From the NCBI GenBank assembly GCA_026026165.1, contig JAPEUD010000028.1:62001-126000 (forward strand): a stretch of 64,000 nucleotides of DNA, read 5' to 3'. This stretch comes from Sarea resinae. Its lineage: Eukaryota. This document shows, one piece after another, positions 50,222-60,837 of this stretch (position 1 is the stretch's first letter; every line of letters begins with the position of its first letter). Position numbers and translations under genes: made by a program. Below the pieces are notes generated by a model. It worked only from the letters and a program-made list of their open reading frames with translations, was not told where the DNA came from and searched no databases.

Positions 50222-51432
50222 GCCTGGCGTGCGCTCGGCGATCTCTCGAGCATGTTTTTTGCACTTGGACTCCAAAACGACAACGCTAAACACGAGGAAG
50301 CTTTCCCTTACTACCAGTGTGAGATGCGTAGAAGATATGCAGCACAAATTGTTACAATGGACAAGACCATGAGCACACTTCTAGGCCGACCGCCAAGAAT
50401 ATCAGGTCGATACTGTGCCAACACTCTGCCATCAGATATCGATGACAGTGTCTTGTTGTTATGGAATGAGGAATTAAAGGAGTCACTACGCAATATCGAC
50501 TCAGGTGGCTGGAATCTAGATAGAAAATTTAGGGGATCGACTTGGAGACGAGTGAAGCTTATTGTCAGTCAGTTTAGAGAGGGAGTCCTCGAAGTCTGTC
50601 TCGGAATGCCTCAGGATGATATCCAGAGGCAGACTAAGTATGTAGAGATATTTGAACTAAGGGGTTTTGCTAATGGCATGAATAGTTATATACTAACCCG
50701 GCACAAGATAGTGTAGAGTCAGATTCCATCAGAACTGAAATATGATGAACTAACAAAATCCGAACATATACCTCCTCCGCAAAGATATGAAATGATGACT
50801 GCATACCTGGACCAAAACTACAACCGCTTCTTATTGCATCGAAAGCTTGTCAAGGACACTCATTGCTCACGAGAACATCTTTACAATATATCAAGATCAC
50901 TAGTTGCCACCGTCCTAGAAGTGATCTCGCTGTCTGACCAGTTTTACAATATGCAGCGGGACATATCATGGTTTGTAGGTCTCCGCTATCTGATGAGGTT
51001 TCTGTCGCACTTGCTAAACTCCTATAGATTCTGTACTATGGTTTGCCAGGTGCCAGTATTCTAGCAGTAGACCTACTAAAGCAATCGATTCAAGCACACA
51101 ACACATCAAACGAGCCACTGGATCTGGTTCCTCGTTCCGAGGTCGTTGGTAATGTTTCTGTTTTCGTATCCGCTCTCCAAAGGACTGTTGATCGAGAAGT
51201 CAACAAGGATTCTTGCAGATGGGCTCATCGAGTCTTGTCCTGTGTTTTGGATAAGATCATTGATTCTAAGAACTGCGAAGCTATCACGGAAGAAGCCCGG
51301 GGCCAAATTGTGACGAGCCTACCATTACCAACCGATGTAGGCCTTGATGGAGAATCTTTCAATGTCGACGACTTCCTTGAGTGGACCGAAGAGGCAGATT
51401 GGAATTGCGACACTTCGGCAATCATGATCTAG
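50222..51432 (+). pseudogene. 5'-truncated Zn2Cys6-class transcription factor (fungal-specific TF middle homology region) with a premature stop
   Basis: AWRALGDLSSMFFALGL...EMRRR...DKTMSTLLGRPPRIS..YC...LPSDIDD. No Zn-cluster and no N-terminus. In-frame TAG at 50714-50716, after which the frame continues (SQIPSELKYD...RFLLHRKL). Confidence 0.75.
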
Positions 51433-51927
51433 CCAGGTGATACAGGGCTTTGAAAAATGGCGTTCGACAGGGGTTGAGGTTGCATATAGTCTATATAGCT
51501 TAGATATGTTGGGGTGGTTTTTCTCTTCTGTTTGTCAAGAAACGTTGAATATATTACCAGTGGAGGTTCTACAAAGATGAGACGGGACGAGACTGAGTTT
51601 TCGGAGCGGAATATCTTTGTTACGTACATGGATGTCGTAAACGGCAGAACGTCAATGCCTTACCGTAGTTGCTCGCCCCGCTGAGCACGACCTGGGCTTT
51701 ACTTGCTTGGGTCAAGGCAGCCACAGCCACTTCAAATTCATCCATTGCATTCATCGCATCGTAGAATTACAAGTGCATATTCACTGCTCTCGACGTTTCG
51801 TCCGGGTTCATTACATAGAGTATCAGACCTCACCGGCGATCTTCTGTGAGCCATCATTGCCACCCTCACACCTGCAGCTTACGTCGTGATTTTCGGCACC
51901 GGCAGCCTCTTGCGGAAGCTGTAAGCC

Positions 51928-53642
51928 ATGGTTGTCGATACTGCCTATTACGACGCTCTGGGCGTGGCCCCAACTGCCACCGAACTCGAGATCAAGAAAG
52001 CTTACAGAAAACAAGCCATCAAGCACCATCCTGGTAAGTTGACCTCCGAGGCTTCATGATCAGCATTCTAAATGAAATGATCTGCGCAGACAAGAATCCC
52101 GATGATCCCAATGCACATGAAAAGTTTCAAGAGGTGCGTGCATCTTCATCCATCTCGCCCATGTGAGAAGTCTAACGACCTACTCAGATCGGCGAAGCCT
52201 ATCAAGTCTTGAGCGATCCATCACTGCGCAAGCGGTATGACGAGCTGGGGAAGGACCAGGCCGTGCCTGGCAGCGGATTTGGTACAGAAGCTCATCAGAC
52301 TTTATCGTTACTCAAATGCTAATATCTGGACAGAGGATCCATCAGAGTTCTTTGGAATGATTTTCGGTGGAGATGCATTCAAAGACCTGTGCGTACAGAC
52401 TTGCTTGCTGTGCAAAATTCGGCTACGGCTAGCTAACGCTGAAGTAGCATTGGTGAACTCTCACTTATGAAGGACTTGACGAAGACTATGGACATCACGA
52501 TGAAAGAAGAGATGAAGGCAGCAGAAGAAGAGGAGGAGAAGGCGGCTGAAGCATCAAAAGTTGAAGGATCGACCACTGAGACCGGGCCTGCCGGTGTAGC
52601 CGAGACTTCGACGCCTCCACGGGCCGAAAAGCCTTATGTCGCAGAAGAGACCGCGGCGCCAACAGAGAAGTATGCGGCTTCAGACTCTGGGACGAGCACG
52701 CCGCGCCGAGGGGTGCCGGTCCGGCAAGCTATCATGGATCGGTCCGAAGAAGATGCACGTCTTAGTGCTGCGGGAGTAACCGAGGAAGAAAAAGAACTCC
52801 GAAAGAAAGAGAAGAAGAAGGGCGGCCTGACTAAAGAGCAGGAAGAAGAACTCCATGCGTATGAGCAGGAGAGGAGGAAAATTCGCGAGGAACGTGTGGA
52901 TGCGCTAGCCAGCAAGTTGATTGATCGCCTCAGCATGTGGACGGAGACGGACAAGAAGCCTGATGTTACGAGGGCTTTTGAGGAGAAGAACAGATTGGAG
53001 ACCGAGAATCTGAAGATGGAGTCATTCGGGTTGGATATCCTCCATGCTATTGGCTACACGTACGTTTCAAAGGCCTCTTCGTTCCTCAAGTCACAGAAAT
53101 TCCTCGGAATCTCGGGCTTCTGGTCGCGACTGAAGGAGAAGGGCAACATGGCGAAGGATACTTGGAATACAATCTCCTCGGTCCTCGATGCACAATCGAC
53201 TATTGAAGAGATGGCGAAGATGGAAGAAAAAGGGGGTGAAGATTGGACCGACGAAAAGAAGGCAGAGTATGCGAATCGCATGACGGGCAAGATCCTGGCA
53301 GCTGCATGGAGAGGCAGCAAATTCGAATTCCAGGGTGTTCTCAGGGACGTCTGTGACAAGGTTCTCTATGACAAGAAAGTGAAGTTGGAAAAGCGGATCG
53401 AGAGAGCACAGGCTCTTCTTATCGTAGGGAACATCTTCCAGAAGGTAAGAACTGTCCCTCTACATGCCAGCCATGGCTTCGTCTGAACAAGTTTGACCAT
53501 TCTCCTGCAGGCTCAACGGGATCCGGACGAGCAAGGTGACTACATGGCCTTTGAGCAGTTGATGGCGGAAGCGGCAGTCAAGAAGGACAAGAAGAGCAGC
53601 AAGGAAAAGCGAAAGTCGACACATCTTCACGTCCATACGTAG
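51928..53642 (+). CDS. DJP1: DnaJ/Hsp40 with a DnaJ-X domain (Djp1/Caj1 family), multi-exon
   Basis: [35 protein letters not shown] (HPD split by an intron), [48 protein letters not shown]. Confidence 0.88.
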
Positions 53643-54674
53643 GTAGATGGAATGAGTTGGAGCGGGCAAGATGTGGAGTGGCGCACGAGGGCGTTTGATC
53701 CACATTGGAATATTTCATGTCCACTCTTCATGTAGTCTGAAGCGCGGTGCGCATGTCGGCCCGTCCTGATGGCCTCTTTATACCCTTCGCGAGCAACGAG
53801 GGGTTCTCTCCGACTAGCTGGATTAGCTGAAACAGGGAGCAAAGTAATATTCAATGACCCTCATCATTGCTGCAGTCGCAAATGTAAAGCGTGAAACTTC
53901 TCTGGGGGATCTCTCGTCCGGCAATGGTCGGACATGGAATTGCTGACGATCTCTTACGGGGCGGTACCTTGCAGTACTTTGTCCATGTATTCGTGGATAC
54001 CAGCTAACCTAAGGAGCACTTTGTCGCCAGAAAGGAAAGATGACAATCAGATAGGAATCGGTCCCCCCGCATACATTTAAAATAAAGTACCACGTTATTG
54101 AGCATTGCGTATATCACTGTTCAGCCTCCAGGTGCTCTCCATTCATCGTCAAGTACCTCTGAGCGCGCTCACACAGCGTCCTGACTGTGTGTTGATAGTA
54201 ACAATAGTAACGCTATGATTCATCCATACTCGTAGTGCATCCCTACTTGGTACAGTAGGTGGGGAGGCCAGGGCTGCTAGGCAAGGTACTGCGCCCACCC
54301 GAGGGCCGAGGGGCCTTACTACGTACTCCGTACTCCTTAGATCGTTGATGATGTTACAGATGCCACCGGTGGGCATTGTTGGTCGCGGCTCTTGCTTGTA
54401 CCTCCAGGGCTGTCCACTACTCCGTACATACTACTACTACCTGGGAGTACTCCGAGTACCTGCAATACCGACCTGACATTGGATACACCTGCCATTACCG
54501 GTATTTACGAATCCGGCACATGATCCAGAAGAAAAACAATCGAATTCGGTCCCCGACTACGGACTCCTGCTACCAGCATCATCAGCGACAAAACAAACAA
54601 CTGGCTCTTGCTCTATACTCACGACGCGTCCATTCTTCTGCCGGCGGTCAAAGCCATCTCTGCTTTGAAATGTC

Positions 54675-57029
54675 ATGATGCGTGGCCTCGCGACTGGCTC
54701 AGCCTTCCCACCTTCAGGAGGCTTTGTCAGGATGAATTACGACAAACACCATAACAACACCTCTACCTCCGCGACCAACGGCATGAATCGCCCATTGTTG
54801 TCGTCCAACAGTTCTTCCAATCCCGCCAATCCGAACAACACGAATCGCCCGCTGCTGTCTGCCACCAATTCGTCAAACCCCCCGAGAGCTCCTCTGACCC
54901 CACGCATTGCCGCTTCACACTCACCAGCTTCCAGCTCGCCAATCGTCAGACGAGCTACCCACAGTGACTCGGCGGCGAAGTCCAAGCCTGGTGCGAGGGA
55001 AGAAATTGTGACTCCGATCAAGTCATTGCTGAATTCCAATATTACGCCCCGTTCGTCTTCGAGGAAAGCTAGGGTGGATGGCACTGGATCAACACCACTT
55101 GGAACGCCTACCGCCGCGTCGAGCAGCTTCAAAACCTCGACGAACGTCGAGCCCACTCCACGGACTAGTGACAGTGCGAGAAAAAGGGCCGGACTCGGGA
55201 TCAGTGGGCTGGAGAACAAAGGAAGCACCAGACCGAAAAGTCTCCACACGGAGAGTAATGGCTACGTGCAGTCGGTCTCTGCGCCGCCATCTGCAGACGC
55301 GCCAGGCGATGCGAATCGCGCCGACAAGCCGCCAATGTTCTTCCGTGCCAGCGATGCAAATACTTTACCTTCGATGCGGGAGAATAGGCAGAGATCCAGC
55401 TCACAGACACAGCCCCCACGATTCATCTACGCCAACGGAGAAGTTGAAAAGGACGTGTCTTCCTCTAGCGTTGGCCAGGACGCACCCTCTTCCAAAGTCA
55501 AGCATGGCACACCTTCATCCAGTGTCGGCTCATCACGGTCCCAAGCCGATCCAAGTCGGACGAAATTTTTCCACGCAAATGGGACGCCAGTCGAAGATAC
55601 GGAACCCAGGCAGTCGATAGCCAAGAGGGCCGATACATCTCTCCTCCCGCCAACACCACCAATTCTCTCGAATACAGAGGCTCAACCTCCAGTTTCTGCA
55701 CCATCTCCGTCTATATCTCGCCCAGAATCTCCGGCACCTACAAAGCCATTACATCCAACATCATCTCTTCCCAACCCCCAAACTCCATCGCAGCCTAAGC
55801 AGCATCAACAGCAACGGCAACCACTATCGCCTCCGATGATTCTTCAAATGCTTCACTCGAAACTCCACGCTACGCCTTCATCCTTTACATCCTTCACCTC
55901 CCAACCACCGCCCCCTAGCCCTTTCTCGGCCGGCGCCGGTCCAAACCACATCGGGTCTCTGAGCCAGGGTTTCTCGCCGTCGGCGGAGAACCTCCAACCA
56001 TTTACAATTAGCGAACGTCGAAATCAACTAAAGCACGTTAAATCAAATAGTGTGGGGTCGTTGGACTCTGGGACTTCAGCCATGAGAAATCTTCGACTAG
56101 ATTTGGTGGCTTCCCCCTCGCCCGCCGGGCTTACTAGTAAGACTGGGGTTGCGATACTGTCGCCTTCGGTGGAGATTTCCGAACCTCGTCAAGACGGAGC
56201 AGAGACCAATAAAACCGAGAAGACAGACGTTCCTCTGCCGAGTCCCTCTAAAGCGCCCGAGAAGAGTGTACTTCAGCAAATGAACGAGCTCGCAGCTAGT
56301 GCGCGCCGTGAGCGGAAGATCCTTGACCTGGAGATTAGCAATGCATCCCTTCTCGCTATCAATAGGACTCTTGAAAGGGAAATGAAAAGGCAAACTGCCG
56401 AACTACGCCGCTATAGGCGACTCAGTAGGCAGGGTCGGATCTCCATTGCCGGGTCAATCGATTCAAAGGGAGAGATCTCTGCAGGTCTTTCTGACATCTC
56501 ATCAGAGGACGAGAATGAGATCGACGAGGAAACATCAGAGGAAGAATCTTCCATAGCCTCAAGCTCGATGAGCCCTGGGGCCATTGCCGACTCCGATGCA
56601 CGTCACCGGGAAAAGGATGAGCGCAGATTGCAGATCGACATCTCAAAGCACCAGCAACTGCTCATCGACAGCCAACGCATGAACCAAAGCCTCAAGCGGT
56701 GTCTAAGCTACACGGAGGAGCTCATAGACGAGGGCAAGAAGTCTCTCGATTACAGTGTGAAGCCCAGCGATGTCGAGCTTGGCGGTCGTGTCCTCCCTCC
56801 CCCCGACGGACATGAGCCCGGGCCGGGCGATAAGCGCTTGCTGAGATCTCAGACCGAGGAGCGGCTGGATGTCATGTGGGAAGATATCAGTAAGTCACTT
56901 GCTGTGGAGGGCGAGTCCAATGACGAACGGGAGGGGTGCGGTAGTGATATTTGTATCCCGCAACAACCTCCCCCGCAAACCTTCTCGGATGTCGGCGGCA
57001 GCAGGCGGCCAGAAGTGCGATTTGCTTGA
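54675..57029 (+). CDS. Ser/Pro-rich protein of unknown function with C-terminal coiled coils (784 aa)
   Basis: Long single-exon ORF with ordered C-terminal blocks ARRERKILDLEISNASLLAINRTLERE and HQQLLIDSQRMNQSLKRCL..TEELI.EGKKSLDY. Confidence 0.8.
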   Translation: MMRGLATGSAFPPSGGFVRMNYDKHHNNTSTSATNGMNRPLLSSNSSSNPANPNNTNRPLLSATNSSNPPRAPLTPRIAASHSPASSSPIVRRATHSDSAAKSKPGAREEIVTPIKSLLNSNITPRSSSRKARVDGTGSTPLGTPTAASSSFKTSTNVEPTPRTSDSARKRAGLGISGLENKGSTRPKSLHTESNGYVQSVSAPPSADAPGDANRADKPPMFFRASDANTLPSMRENRQRSSSQTQPPRFIYANGEVEKDVSSSSVGQDAPSSKVKHGTPSSSVGSSRSQADPSRTKFFHANGTPVEDTEPRQSIAKRADTSLLPPTPPILSNTEAQPPVSAPSPSISRPESPAPTKPLHPTSSLPNPQTPSQPKQHQQQRQPLSPPMILQMLHSKLHATPSSFTSFTSQPPPPSPFSAGAGPNHIGSLSQGFSPSAENLQPFTISERRNQLKHVKSNSVGSLDSGTSAMRNLRLDLVASPSPAGLTSKTGVAILSPSVEISEPRQDGAETNKTEKTDVPLPSPSKAPEKSVLQQMNELAASARRERKILDLEISNASLLAINRTLEREMKRQTAELRRYRRLSRQGRISIAGSIDSKGEISAGLSDISSEDENEIDEETSEEESSIASSSMSPGAIADSDARHREKDERRLQIDISKHQQLLIDSQRMNQSLKRCLSYTEELIDEGKKSLDYSVKPSDVELGGRVLPPPDGHEPGPGDKRLLRSQTEERLDVMWEDISKSLAVEGESNDEREGCGSDICIPQQPPPQTFSDVGGSRRPEVRFA

Positions 57030-57830
57030 GATGATTATCAGACCGCGCGACCGGTGGACGCTCCGGACAATTATGATCCATGAACTTGCCCCGGTAATAT
57101 CTTGCGCAGCCTCTTCTGCAGCCCATTCTGGCATTCAATGGAATTGGGAGTTTTTTTGAACAGGGTCCTTTTCAAGGGACATGCATGACACCTGGAGTCT
57201 GTCGTCACTCTGTCTCGCACGCCTGTGCATTTTCATTTGTTATAGGAACTCTAGTCTGGATACCTGGAGTTCATCGTCACTGTCTCGCACGTCTCTGCGA
57301 TTCCATTTGTCATCGGAAGCCTGATCTGGATCAAAAGGCGGTCCGATTGGGGCCCCTAGGCGTTGGCGGTTTAGCATTTTATACGAGAGATACCCTTGAT
57401 TAGCAGATTGAAACAGTCTTGCTTTAAGCGTTTTAATGGATGGATGAGGCTCATTGGCGGTTTCGAGCAGTATAGAAAATAACAGCATACAATGACTTTA
57501 TTAATTATGGCTTGAATATTTGGTGTCGAGTAAAGTAAACAAGCGGCTCAAGCGTCTATAGCGGCGGATGCTTGACGCGAGAGCGGACTTCGCTTCATGA
57601 GCTGGGCCGGGCGGGCTGGAGCTTGCACGGCAGCATACGGTGAAGCGCACGAGCAATTGAGAACTGCGAAAACGTCAATTATCCCAGAAGTGAGGCGCCC
57701 AAGCTCTATAAACGGCTGCGAGTACTCGAAATTGCTTCCGCCTTTTGATTGAACACAATGCAATGACCCATACATAATCCGCTCCATCTCCACCTCCCGT
57801 CACCACCACGACTAGCGCCCTCTGCTCATC

Positions 57831-59741
57831 ATGCGCCCCGCCAGCGCTCTCCTTGCCTCTCCCTCCTTTGTCTTCACCTCCGCCGCGCTCCTCCGCTTTG
57901 TCCTCCTCCTTTATGGCCTCCTCCAAGACGCTTTCTCTCCCGTCAAGTATACGGACATAGATTACTACGTCTTCACGGACGCGGCGCGCTTCGTCCACCA
58001 CGGCCTCTCACCCTACGCCCGCCCAACTTACCGATATACGCCGTTGCTCGCTTGGCTCTTGCTGCCGACAGCATGGCATCCGCTGTTGTTTTCGTTTGGA
58101 AAGGTCGTGTTTGCGGCTAGCGATTTGGTGGCCGGATGGCTACTCGTCATTGTTTTACGACGGGGTTATGCTGGGGGGTTCGGGAAGGGCAACGGCAGTA
58201 CACTCGGCGGAGGGATGGAAACCGGTCGCGCGCTGAAGTTTGCCGGCCTCTGGCTTCTGAACCCCATGGTGGCGACGATAAGCACGAGAGGCAGTTCGGA
58301 GGGTTTGCTGGGTGTTATGGTCATGGGGGTGGTGTGGGCGGTACTGGGACGAAGATTTAGGACCGCCGGAGTGCTGCTCGGGCTCGCGGTGCATTTCAAA
58401 ATCTACCCTGTCATCTACGCGCCGGCGATTGTGTGGTGGATGGATGCTGAGCGTGTCGGGCGCGTCACGGCGCCGGGAAGGGGGAAGGAAACAAGGAAGC
58501 AGGTCGACCAGCAGAAAAGGTCGGTTGTGAGGATGACCAAGGACTTTTTGAGCCGGGAAAGGCTGGAGCTGGGGATTTTGGCTTTAGGCACCTTTGCGGT
58601 GTTGAATGGGATCATGTTTGCCATGTATGGCCTGTGTTTCAATATTCATTTTGTGTCTCAACTAACATTTCTAACCAACCAGCTATGGTCCTCCTTTCAT
58701 TCACGAAACATATACGCACCACCTCACGCGCCTAGACCACCGACACAATTTCTCGCCCTACAACACACTGCTATACCTCTCGTCTTCCGCGTCGACGTTT
58801 TCGTCCTCCATCAATACTACTACGTTGCCTATCACCCCAGCCCCAACACCACTCGAGGGCTTTCTAGACCACATAGCGCAACTTGACCTCTCAAGCTTGG
58901 CCTTCCTCCCCCAGCTGCTCCTCTCAGCCGTCCTGATGCCAATCGTGCTCGCGAAACGAGATCTCCCGCCTACGATGCTAGCGCAGACATTTGCATTCGT
59001 GGCGTTCAACAAGGTCTGCACGAGCCAGGTAAGCCCCTGTGTTTCTCTTCTGTTGGCCGATCGGAATAGAGGCGGTCGCTGCTGCTGCTGGAGTTTGAGC
59101 CCCTGCTAGAAGAGTTCGGGGCTACGGGATGATGATGATGCGAGCTATGTTTGTCTGGTCTAGTCTGTTCGAGGCAAGGCCAAGCCAAGCCAGGCTCATA
59201 GGTGCTGAAGGAAGAGAGAATTTCAGCTAACGTGGCACGCACCGTGCCGGCAGTATTTCCTGTGGTATCTCATCCTCCTCCCGCTCTACCTACCGCACTC
59301 GTCGCTCCTGCGCCGTCCATGGCTCGGCCTCGTCACTCTGATCGCTTGGGTGGCACCACAGGTACGTCTTGGTCTCTGTCCGTGGCCACCTTTTTCCGTT
59401 TCCCCTTTTTCTGTTCTCTGCTCTCATCCCGTCCCTTTCCCATAACATCCCTCTACTCCACCCCACCCTCCCAGCCCCAAACCACATTCCCAACCCAACC
59501 CAACCCCAACCCTTAAAACCACCAAACCACAAACAAACCACAAACAAACAAACAAAACACCCGACTAACCCCGCCCCCTTTCCGCCAAAACAAAAAGGCT
59601 CTCTGGCTACACCAAGCGTACGAGCTCGAATTCCTGGGCCGCTCGACCTTTGTGCCGGGCCTCTATGGCGCCGGCGTCGGCTTTTTCGTCGCGAATCTCG
59701 TCATCTTGCATCTTGTTGTGGGGGATCTTGCTGTTTTGTGA
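57831..59741 (+). CDS. GPI14: GPI alpha-1,4-mannosyltransferase I (PIG-M), 4 exons
   Basis: VKYTDIDY (DXD), SPYARPTYRYTPLL, WLLNP..ISTRGSSE, GLAVHFKIYP.IY, DHRHNFSPY, QTFAFVAFNKVCTSQ/YFLWY, ALWL..AY.LEFLG. Confidence 0.92.
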
Positions 59742-60279
59742 TGTGGCTGTGGATGTGCTGTTGCCCGGGGGGTAGGGGCGGAGTAGTGGGGTTTAATGAG
59801 ATGGTGAGACGGCACGGCACGGCACGGCACGGCGGAATTGGGTGTGGGCTTAGTAGAGAGGCACCGTGTGAAGAGACGGGAAAGAAGGGAAGAAAGGAAA
59901 GACATGAAACCGCGGCGTCCAAGCTCACTCTCAGGAAAACACACCGAGAAAGAAAGACAGTTGAACAGAAGACCAAATCAAAAGCAAGATCAAAACAGAA
60001 AAACAGAAGACAAAATCGAAGATAAAAGATATTCCGACCCGAAAGTTCACAAAAAAGCAGAACGGAACAGAACGGAACGGAACGGTAGAAAACAAAGGGC
60101 CCAGGATCAGTAAACCCCCCGTCCCCCCGTCCCCCTAGGCCTGAAAAGAAATCTTCCGTTCTAGTTTCCCCTTGTTCTCTCCTCTCCTCTTCTCTCCTCT
60201 TCGATTCCCTTTCTTCTCTTCCTACTTGTCTATACGGGGTGATGTAATATTAATCCCACACCCATCACTCCCAGAGACT

Positions 60280-60600
60280 CTCTAGAGCGAGAGCGAGAGC
60301 GAGAGCTAGAGATAGAGCACCGTCACTGTCACTATCGCTGTCGCTGTCACTGTCACTTTCTTGTTCTTGAATCTTCTAATTTTATATTTTTTCTGTCTCT
60401 GGGCCTCTTTTTCTCTTTTCTCTTTTCTCTTTCTCTTTCTCTTTCTCTGTGTCGGTATCGGTATCTGTATCTGGACCTGTATCGGTATCTATATCTATAT
60501 CTGGACCTGTATCTATAACTGTATCTTTACTAGTATCTGTATCTTTCCCTCTATCTTCATGTCTACCTCCATATCTACATCCATATCAGTATCAACATCA
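60280..60600. repeat. Degenerate hexamer SSR tract ((AGAGCG)n, (TGTCAC)n, (TCTCTT)n, (TRTATC)n)
   Basis: Seen directly between the convergent 3' ends of GPI14 and pol kappa. Confidence 0.75.
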
Positions 60601-60837
60601 AAGTCCTGTATTATTTACCCCCTCCCCTCCCCGCCCCCACCTACCCTTATCCAAGAAACCAAGCGCCTGTGAAAACGACGAACAAAAAGAAAAATAAGAA
60701 AGTCGTGATCAGAACGCCTTTTGCTCTCTTTCGCTCTGTCTCTGTCTCTGTCTTTGTCTTGCGCTGGCTTTTCCGGACTCTTGCAGACTCTAGACCATGC
60801 CATGCCATGCGATCCGGGATCAAGCTCACCCACTCGC

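Noticed and set aside
59369..60025. 218-aa ORF overlapping the end of GPI14
   Set aside because: It spans an intron, the last GPI14 exon in another frame and an A-rich 3' region.
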